Assembly: GCA_030141605.1 (NCBI GenBank)
Contig: JAQGDQ010002366.1
Coordinates: 8,660-72,659, forward strand
Reading direction: 5' to 3'
From: Tubiluchus corallicola
Lineage: Eukaryota > Animalia > Priapulida
Length of the DNA: 64,000 nucleotides
Shown here in pieces: positions 15,001 through 24,463 of this stretch. A program made the position numbers and the translations under genes. How positions within the stretch are numbered: the stretch's first letter is position 1; each line of letters starts with the position of its first letter. The notes below the pieces were generated by a model, which saw only the letters and a program-made list of their open reading frames with translations, searched no databases and was not told where the DNA came from.

Positions 15001-18000
15001 AAAGACTGCTACAGGCAATACTAAGCGTCTTAACAGAGACATACGCAGACAGCCTCAATCAGCTTCTCAAAGGACATATATGACCAAACGTAAGCATCTG
15101 GTAATAGCAGCTCTATTCTCACTCTCGTGTACATGATCAGGAGAAATCTGCAGAAATGCACTGCCGATCTCAAGTATCCCGGCAAAAGACTTCTGCAGGC
15201 AAAGTCAAGCATCTTAACAGGGGCACACACACAGAGATAGCCGCAATTAGCTTGTCACAAGACATGCATAGCCAAACTTGAGCGTCTGGTTCTAAAGCTT
15301 GGAAAACGATTTAAAACATCTGGTCAGAACTCATCTAGAGCAGTCCCAATCATCTGAACAGAAGAAATGTACAGCTAATTTCAAGTATATAACAGAAGAC
15401 TTCTACAAACAATGCCAAGCATCTTAACAGAGACACACATACACACAGATAGCCTCAACTAGCTTGTAACAAGACATGCATAGCCAGACTGAAGCGTTTG
15501 GTTCTAAAGCTTTGAAAACGATTTAAAACATCTAGTCTGAACTCATCTAGAGCAGTCCCAATCATCTGAACAGAAGAAATGTACTGCTAATTTCAGGTAT
15601 ATGGCAGAAGACTTCTACAGGCAATGCCAAGCATCTTAACAGAGACACACACACAGATAGCCTCAATTAGCTTGCAACAAGACATGCATAGCCAGACTGA
15701 AGCGTTTGGTTCTAAGGCTTGGAAAACAAATAAAAACATCTAATCAGAACTCATCTAAGCAATCTCAAACATCTGGACAGAAAACATATTCCGCTAATTT
15801 CAAGTATATGGCAAAACACTTCTACAGGCAATACTAAGCACCTTAACAGAGACATACACAGACAGCCTCAATCAGCTTCTCAGAGGACATATATGAACAA
15901 ACGTAAGCATCTGGTAATAGCAGCTTTATTCTCACTCTCGTGTACCTGATCAGGAGAAATCTGCAGAAATGCACTGCCGATGTCAAGTATCCCGGCAAAA
16001 GACTTCTACAGGCAAAGTCAAGCGTCTTAACAGAGACACACACACAGATAGCCTCAATTAGCTTGTCACAAGACATGCATAGCCAAACTTGAGCGTCTGG
16101 TTCTAAAGCTTGGAAAACGGTTTAAAACATCTAGTCAGAACTCATCTAGAGCAGTCCCAATCATCTGAACAGAAGAAATGTACTGCTAATTTCAGGTATA
16201 TGGCAGAAGACTTCTACAGGCAATGCCAAGCATCTTAACAGAGACACCCACACAGATAGCCTCAATCAGCTTGTCACAAGACATGCATAGCCAAACTTGA
16301 GCGTCTGGTTCTAAAGCTTGGAAAACGATTTAAAACATCTAATCAGAACTCATCTAAGCAATCTCAAACATCTGGACAGAAAACATATTCTGCTAATTTC
16401 AAGTATATGGCAAAAGACTTCTACAGGCAGTCCCAATCATCTGAACAAAAGAAATGTACTGCTAATTTCAGGTATATAGCAGAAGACTTCTACAAGCAAT
16501 GCCAAGCATCTTAACAGAGACACACACATACAGATAACCTCAACTAGCTTGTCACAAGACATGCATAGCCAGACTGAAACGTTTGGTTCTAAAGCTTGGA
16601 AAACAAATAAAAACATCTAATCAGAACTCATCTAAAGCAATCTCAAACATCTGGACAGAAAACATATCCTGCTAATCTCAAGTATGTGGCAAAAGACTTC
16701 TACAGGCAATACTGAGCGTCTTAACAGAGACATACACAGATATCCTCAATCAGCTTCTCAGAGGACATATCTGGACAGAAAACATATCCTGCTAATCTCA
16801 AGTATATGACAAAAGACTTCTACAGGCAATACTAAGCACCTTAACAGAGACATACACAGACAGCCTCAATCAGCTTCTCAAAGGACATATATGAACAAAC
16901 GTAAGCATCTGGTAATAGCAGCTCTATTCTCACTCTCGTGTACCTGATCAGGAGAAATCTGCAGAAATGCACTGCCGATCTCAAGTATCCCGGCAAAAGA
17001 CTTCTACAGGCAAAGTCAAGCGTCTTAACAGAGACACACACACAGATAGCCTCAATTAGCTTGTCACAAGACATGCATAGCCAAACTTGAGCGTCTGGTT
17101 CTAAAGCTTGGAAAACGGTTTAAAACATCTAGTCAGAACTCATCTAGAGCAGTCCCAATCATCTGAACAGAAGAAATGTACTGCTAATTTCAGGTATATG
17201 GCAAAAGACTTCTACAGGCAATGCCAAGCGTCTTAACAGAGACACACACACAGATAGCCTCAATTAGCTTGTCACAAGACATGCATAGCCAGACTGAAGC
17301 GTTTGGATCTAATGCTTGGAAAACAAATAAAAACATCTAATCAGAACTCATCTAAGCAATCTCAAAAATCTGGACAGAAAACATATTCCGCTAATCTCAA
17401 GTATATGGCAAAAGACTTCTACAGGCAAAGTCAAGCGTCTTAACAGAGACACACACACAGATAGCCTCAATTAGCTTGTCACAAGACATGCATAGCCAAA
17501 CTTGAGCGTCTGGTTCTAAAGCTTGGAAAACGGTTTAAAACATCTAGTCAGAACTCATCTAGAGCAGTCCCAATCATCTGAACAGAAGAAATGTACTGCT
17601 AATTTCAGGTATCTGGCAAAAGACTGCTACAGGCAATGCTAAGCGTCTTAACAGAGACACACACACAGATAGCCTCAATTAGCTTGTCACAAGACATGCA
17701 TAGCCAGACTGAAGCGTTTGGATCTAATGCTTGGAAAACAAATAAAAACATCTAATCAGAACTCATCTAAGCAATCTCAAAAATCTGGACAGAAAACATA
17801 TTCCGCTAATCTCAAGTATATGGCAAAAGACTTCTACAGGCAAAGTCAAGCGTCTTAACAGAGACATACACAGATAGCCTCAATTAGCTTGTCACAAGAC
17901 ATGCATAGCCAAACTTGAGCGTCTGGTTCTAAAGCTTGGATAACGATTTAAAACATCTAGTCAGAACTCATCTAGAGCAGTCCCTGTCATCTGAACAGAA

Positions 18001-18165
18001 GAAATGTACTGTTAATTTCAAGTATATGGCAGGCATAGCCAAACTTGAGCGTCTGGTTCTAAAGCTTGGATAACGATTTAAAACATCTAGTCAGAACTCA
18101 TCTAGAACAATCCCTGTCATCTGAACAGAAGAAATGTACTGTTAATTTCAAGTATATGGCAGGAG
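1..18165. repeat. Tandem satellite array (left block): ~206-212 bp type-A and 184 bp type-B monomers in irregular higher-order repeats
   Basis: The anchor AGACTTCTAC or close variants recurs at 1, 207, 417, 601, 809, 993, 1203, 1415, 1622, 1806, 2014, 2221, 2405 and onward (spacings 206-212 or 184). Near-identical short ORFs recur throughout. The array continues past the left window edge. Confidence 0.98.
17903..18162. repeat. 130-bp tandem duplication of satellite directly upstream of the LINE
   Basis: 17903-18032 is repeated at 18033-18162 with two G>A differences (TAGAGCAG vs TAGAACAA). Confidence 0.9.
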
Positions 18166-18210
18166 CCATAGCCGGTCCCAAGCCCGGTTGAGAGAGGAGG
18201 AGGGTTGGGC
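18165..18210 (+). ncRNA. Twister ribozyme 3' portion (5'-truncated) at the RTE 5' end
   Basis: GCCATAG-CCGG-TCCCAAGC-CCGG-TTGAGAGA-GGAG-GAGGG-TTGGGC matches the twister core as I recall it (P4 CCGG/CCGG, L4 UCCCAAGC, GAGGG, 3' strands of P2 and P1). The 5' strands of P1/P2 and the U|A cleavage site are absent. Confidence 0.85.
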
Positions 18211-21200
18211 TTAGGGTTAGCACCCCTATCCTGTAAAAGTTCTCAATTGCTACAGAAACAGACAGAAACAAATCTACTGACACAAATCGGCACAAAGCAG
18301 AAAGTTCGACCCATGTTATGACGATGCTAGGTCAAAGCCGAGAGGAAGCCCAGCATCCGATGAAGAACTCTATACTGAGTGCCACAAAGGTGACAAAAAT
18401 TGGCACCTGGAATGTAAGAACAATGTTCCAAACAGGAAAAATGGCCCAAGTTATCCGGGAATTCAACAACTATCAACTCAGTATCTTAGGCGTAACGGAA
18501 GTGAGATTGACAGGAAGCGGAAACATCAAGAGTGGAGAAACAACCTTTCTGTATTCAGGATCAGAGGAGGATCACCAGAGAGGTGTTGGTCTGATGCTGA
18601 ACAAAGAGGCAGCAAAGACACTAATAGGATGGAACCCAGTCAGTGAGAGGATAATAACTGCCCGAATGCAGTCAAGGCATGCGAAAACAACTATTGTTTG
18701 CATTTACGCACCAACTGAAGATACAGATGAACAAGTTAAAGATGATTTCTACCAACAATGTCAAGATGTGCTGAATGACATCCCCAGCCATGACATCATT
18801 CTCCTCATGGGTGTTATGAATGCAAAGATTGACAACAACAGACACGGATTGGAGCATGTAATCGGGCCACATGGATCAGCTCAAGAAACAAACAACAATG
18901 GTGAACGGCTCCTGATGTTGTGCAATTTAAATGGACTGTGTATTGGAAATACTTATTTTGCCCACAAAACCATCCACAAGAAGACATGGAGGTCACCAGA
19001 TGGAAATACACAGAACGAAATCGACTACATCTGTATCAGCAAGAGATGGAGATCAGCACTGAAAGATGTGAAAGTATGTCGTGGAGCTGATGTGGGCTCT
19101 GACCACCACCTAGTTCAAGGAAAAGTGCAGCTCAAACTGAAAAAGATACAAAAGCCAAAAATCACTAGACCTTTTGCGGTTGAAAACCTGAAAGACCAAC
19201 AAAAAGCAAGGAGTTTTGAACTTGCACTTAGCAACAAATTTGAACCACTACTACAAGCCAACGATATTGAAGAACAGTGGAAAATATTCAAAGAAGCAGT
19301 AACAGCAGTTGCAGATGAACAGATCGGCAGAAGAAGGGGTAACAGAAAAGAAATGTGGATACAAGAAAAAACTTGGGAATTAATTGATGAAAGAAAGAAG
19401 ACTAAGCAAATGAGAGACCAAGCAAAAACACTAGAAAGCAGGAGTCAAGCCAATGAGCAGTACCAACTGGCAGATAGAGCAGTAAAAAGACGTTGCAGGA
19501 GGGACAAGAACGAATGGTTTGAAAAGAAGGGTGAAGAAGCACAGTTAGCAGCCAGCCATAATGATACCAAGACTCTCTACAGAATTGTTAAAGATCTAAC
19601 GGGAACAGGAGGCACCCAGCTGTGCCAATCAAGAACAAAAGTGGTGTGACTCTCACAACAACAGAACAGCAAAACGCACGATGGGTGGAACACTTCAAGG
19701 AAGTTCTCAACCAGCCAAACCCAACAACATTATTCAATTTTGAGAATGAAATTGGACAACAACAGCTAGATGTAAGATTGGACAACATCAGTGAACTGGA
19801 AGTCGAAACTGCCATCAAAAAACTAAAGAACAACAAAGCAGCTGGAGAGGACCAAATAACAGCTGAGCTCCTGAAACACGGTAATAAAGGGATAACACGA
19901 TCAATGACAAAGCTCCTGAACAGCTGCTGGGAACAACAAAAGGTCCCCGAAGATTGGAGAAATGGAGTCATCGTGAAGTTGCCTAAGAAAGGGAACCTGA
20001 CAGATTGCAATAATTGGAGAGAAATAACTCTGATGTCAATACCTGGAAAAGTCCTGAGTATAGTGCTGCTAGATCGGTTGAGAGATGCTGTTGATATAAG
20101 ACTAAGAGAACAACAAGCTGGATTTAGAAAAGGAAGATCATGCTGTGAACAGATATTCACTCTCAGAAACATCATTGAGCAATGTATGGAATTCCAACAG
20201 CCCTTATTAATCAATTTTATTGATTTCAAGAAGGCTTTTGACTCTGTTCACAGGCAGTCTCTATGGAAAATTGCTTCTCTGTATGGTATCCCACAGACAT
20301 TCATTTCAACCATCCAGAACTTTTACCAAAACAGCGGCTGTTGTATAAGAACACAAGAGGGAAACACCGAGTATTTCACCATCGAAACTGGAGTTAAGCA
20401 GGGTTGCATTATGTCGCCATTCCTGTTCCTACTGACGATTGATTTCATCATGAAGAAGGCGGTTGATGGTAAAGATCTAGGAATGCAATGGAAACAACAA
20501 CAACGATTGGCAGATCTGGACTTTGCTGACGATATAGCTCTTCTGGAAACATCAAAAGAAAGCCTGCAACAACTGACCACAAGTATGGAAGAAGTAGCGG
20601 GAAAAATTGGATTGAGAATTAGTCAAGAAAAGACCAAAGTTTTGAAAGTGTGGACAAACCAACAGAATGATGTACATATAACAGTGGGAGGCCAAATGGT
20701 TAAGAACGTTACCAGTTTTTCATATCTGGGCAGTGTGATGACCTGTAATGGAGGTACAGAAAATGACATCAGGGGGAGAATCGGCAAAGCAACAGCAGTA
20801 TTTAGGAAGATGGGAAAAATCTGGACAAGCAAGAAAATTGACATGAAAATCAAACTTCGTCTGTACAACGCCATTGTGCTGCCAACGGCTCTCTATGCCA
20901 GCGAAACCTGGAAAGTCACAGCGGAGTTATCAAAGAAACTGAACGTCTTCCACCAAAAATGCCTTCGAAAGATACTAAAAATCTCCTACCGCGACCATGT
21001 CACCAATGTAGAAGTTCTTCAACGAGCGCAGTCATTGCGGTAACAAGATATAGTTACAGAGAGAAGAATGAAACTGGCTGGACATATTCTCCGTCTATCA
21101 GAAAGTCGTTACACCAAAACAGCAGTACAGTGGGAACCACCTGGTGGGAAACGAAAAAGAGGTCGGCCAAAAACAACGTGGCGCAGATCCTTCAAAGAAG

Positions 21201-21322
21201 ACCTTCGAGCTGTCAACATACGTTGGGAAAACGTAGAGAACGAAGCCGCCGATAGAACTCAGTGGAAAATGCTGTCTGCCCAATGTGCATCAATGCGCAG
21301 GAAGGACTAAGGTCTAAGGTAA
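18166..21322 (+). mobile_element. Near-full-length RTE-clade non-LTR retrotransposon inserted in the satellite
   Basis: APE endonuclease followed by RT; short-repeat 3' tail CTAAGGTCTAAGGTAA right after the stop; flanked by GGCAGGAG at 18158-18165 and 21323-21330. The uninterrupted target ...TATGGCAGGAGACTTCTACCG is seen at ~5843-5863. Confidence 0.95.
18318..21310 (+). pseudogene. RTE APE-RT polyprotein, disrupted (frameshift near 19600-19650, in-frame stop at 21041-21043)
   Basis: EN motifs GTWNVRT, YAPT, TW..EIDYI, SDH; RT motifs QAGFRKGRS, FIDFKKAFDSV, GVKQG, LDFADD, YLGS; C-terminal LAGHILR..RKRGRPKTTW. The endonuclease GDxN motif reads GVMN. Confidence 0.93.
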
Positions 21323-24300
21323 GGCAGGAGACTTCTACCGTCAATGCTAAGCGTCTTAACAGAGACATACACAGGCACCCTCAATTAGCTCATACCAAGA
21401 CATGCATAGCCAAACTTGAGCGTTTGGTTCTAAAGCTTGGAAAACGATTTAAAACTTCTAGTCGGAACTCCTCTAGAGCAGTCCCAATCATCTGAACAGA
21501 AGAAATGTACAGCTAATTTCAAGTATATGGCAGAAGACTTCTACAGGCAATGCCAAGCATCTTAACAGAGACACCCACACAGATAGCCGCAATTAGCTTG
21601 CCACAAGACATGCATAGCCAAACTTGAGCGTCTGGTTCTAAAGCTTGGAAAACGATTTAAAACTTCTAGTCGGAACTCCTCTAGAGCAGTCCCAATCATC
21701 TGAACAGAAGAAATGTACAGCTAATTTCAAGTATATGGCAGAAGACTTCTACAGGCAATGCCAAGCATCTTAACAGAGACACACACACACAGATAGCCGC
21801 AATTAGCTTGCCACAAGACATGCATAGCCAAACTTGAGCGTCTGGTTCTAAAGCTTGGATAACGATTTAAAACATCTAGTCAGAACTGATCTAGAGCAGT
21901 CCCTGTCATCTGAACAGAAGAAATGTACTGCTAATTTCAGGTATATGGCAGAAGACTTCTACAGGCAATGCAAAGCTTCTCAGCAGACACACACACACAC
22001 ACACACAGATAGCCACAACTAGCTTGCAACAAGACATGCATAGCCAGACTGAAGCGTTTGGTTCTAAGGCTTGGAAAACAAATAAAAACATGTAATCAGA
22101 ACTCATCTAAAGCAATCTCAAACATCTGGACAGAAAACATATCCTGCTAATCTCAAGTATGTGGCAAAAGACTTCTACAGGCTATACTGAGCGTCTTAAC
22201 AGAGACATACACAGATATCCTCAATCAGCTTGCCAGAGGACATATATGGCCAAACTTAGCTTCTGGTAATGGCAGTTTTATTCTCAATCTCATGTACCTG
22301 ATCAGGAGAAATCTGCAGAAATGCACTGCCGATGTCAAGTATCCCGGCAAAAGACTTCTACGGGCAATACTAAGCGCCTTAACAGAGACACACACACACA
22401 GATAGCCTCAATTAGCTTGCCACAAGACATGCATAGCCAAACTTGAGCGTCTGGTTCTAAAGCTTGGATAACGACTTAAAACATCTAGTCCGAACTCATC
22501 TAGAGCAGTCCCAATCATCTGAACAGAAGAAATGTACAGCTAATTTCAAGTATATGGCAGAAGACTTCTACAGGCAATGCCAAGCATCTTAACAGAGACA
22601 CACACACACAGATAGCCGCAATTAGCTTGCCACAAGACATGCATAGCCAAACTTGAGCGTCTGGTTCTAAAGCTTGGATAACGATTTAAAACATCTAGTC
22701 AGAACTCATCTAGAGCAGTCCCTGTCATCTGAACAGAAGAAATGTACTGTTAATTTCAAGTATATGGCAGGTGACTTCTACCGTCAATGCTAAGCGTCTT
22801 AACAGAGACATACACAGGCACCCTCAATTAGCTCATACCAAGACATGCATAGCCAAACTTGAGCGTTTGGTTCTAAAGCTTGGAAAACGATTTAAAACTT
22901 CTAGTCGGAACTCCTCTAGAGCAGTCCCAATCATCTGAACAGAAGAAATGTACAGCTAATTTCAAGTATATGGCAGAAGACTTCTACAGGCAATGCCAAG
23001 CGTCTTAACAGAGACATACGCAGACAGCCTCAATCAGCTTCTCAGAGGACATATATGGCCAAACGTAAGCATCTGGTAATAGCAGTTTTATTCTCAATCT
23101 CATGTACCTGATCAGAAGAAATATGCAGAAATGCACTGCCGATGTCAAGTATCCCGGCAAAAGACTTCTACGGGCAATACTAAGCGCCTTAACAGAGACA
23201 CACACACACACAGATAGCCTCAATTAGCTTGCCACAAGACATGCATAGCCAAACTTGAGCGTCTGGTTCTAAAGCTTGGATAACGACTTAAAACATCTAG
23301 TCCGAACTCATCTAGAGCAGTCCCTGTCATCTGAACAGAAGAAATGTACTGCTATTTTCAAGTATATGGCAGAAGACTTCTACAGGCAATGCCAAGCATC
23401 TTAACAGAGACACCCACACAGATAGCCTCAGTCAGCTTGTCAGAGGACATATGAGACCAAACTTGAGCATCTGGTAATGACAGTTCTACAGGCAAAGTCA
23501 AGCATCTTAACAGAGGCAAACACAGGCAGCCTCAATTAGCTTGACCCAAGACATGCATAGCCAGACTGAAGCGTTTGGTTCTAAGGCTTGGAAAACAAAT
23601 TAAAACATATAGTCAGAACTGACTTAAAGCAATGTCAAAAATCTGGGTACAAAAAATGTACTACCAGTCTCAAGTATCTGGCAAAAGACTGCTACAGGCA
23701 ATACTAAGCGTCTTAACAGAGACATACGCAGACAGCCTCAGTCAGCTTCTCAGAGGACATATATGACCAAACGTAAGCATCTGGTAATAGCAGCTCTATT
23801 CTCACTCTCATGTACCTGATCAGCAGAAATCTGCAGGAATCTTATCGTTTGGTACGATGACATAGATACAGGCAATTTCAGTCGTTTGGTAAGATAACAC
23901 CTACAAGCAATCTAAAAGATCTACTAACACTTCAAGACTCAAGACATCCATATCGAATCCCATTAATCTGTTAAGATCTACAGACAAATTGCAGCATCTG
24001 GTCAGAACTCATCTAAAGAAATCTCAAACATCTGGACAGAAAACATATACTGCTAATCTCAAGTATATGGCAGAAGGCTTCTACAGGCAATGTCAAGCAT
24101 CTTAATAGAGACACACACAGACGGCCTCAAATAGCTTGTCACAAGACATATATAGCCAAACTTAAGCGTCTGGTAATAACAGCTTTATTCACAATCTCGT
24201 GTATCTGATCAGAAGGAAGCTTCAGACAACTTCATTCATGATAAAAAGACATCTTCCATCTGTAAACAAAACGTCTACAGACAACCTGAAGCAGGTTTTC

Positions 24301-24463
24301 AGACACGTCAAGTGTCTAGTTAGAAGGCATATACGTCCAATCCCAATAATCTGTTAAATACAGACAAATTGCAGCATCTAGTTAGTACTCATCTAGAGCA
24401 GTCACAATCATCTGAACAAAAGAAATATACTACTAATCTCAAGTATATGGCAGAAGACTTTCT
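21323..24463. repeat. Satellite array (right block), degenerating toward ~23820-24463
   Basis: Same monomer family resumes after the TSD with its own variants. Beyond ~23830 recognisable monomers mix with diverged ~34-bp-like units; the last match is GTATATGGCAGAAGACTTTCT. Confidence 0.95.

Noticed and set aside
18211-18220. TTAGGGTTAG as telomeric repeat
   Set aside because: Under two units, and inside the RTE 5'UTR just after the twister motif.
19600-19650. Programmed frameshift between two LINE ORFs
   Set aside because: RTE elements encode EN-RT as a single ORF, there is no obvious slippery heptamer, and other disabling mutations indicate simple decay.
18672-21283. Minus-strand ORFs up to 213 aa overlapping the LINE
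   Set aside because: Antisense shadows of the RT frame with no independent motifs.
444-23223. Dozens of recurring 60-95 aa ORFs (MSCDKLIEA.., MENDLKHL..) as a multigene family or repeat protein
   Set aside because: They are by-products of the satellite: monomer and sub-unit lengths are mostly not multiples of 3, stops are frequent and no domain is recognisable.
1-24463. CRISPR-like array of ~34-bp units
   Set aside because: There are no unique spacers between constant repeats; all units recur as diverged tandem copies; no cas genes; eukaryotic context.
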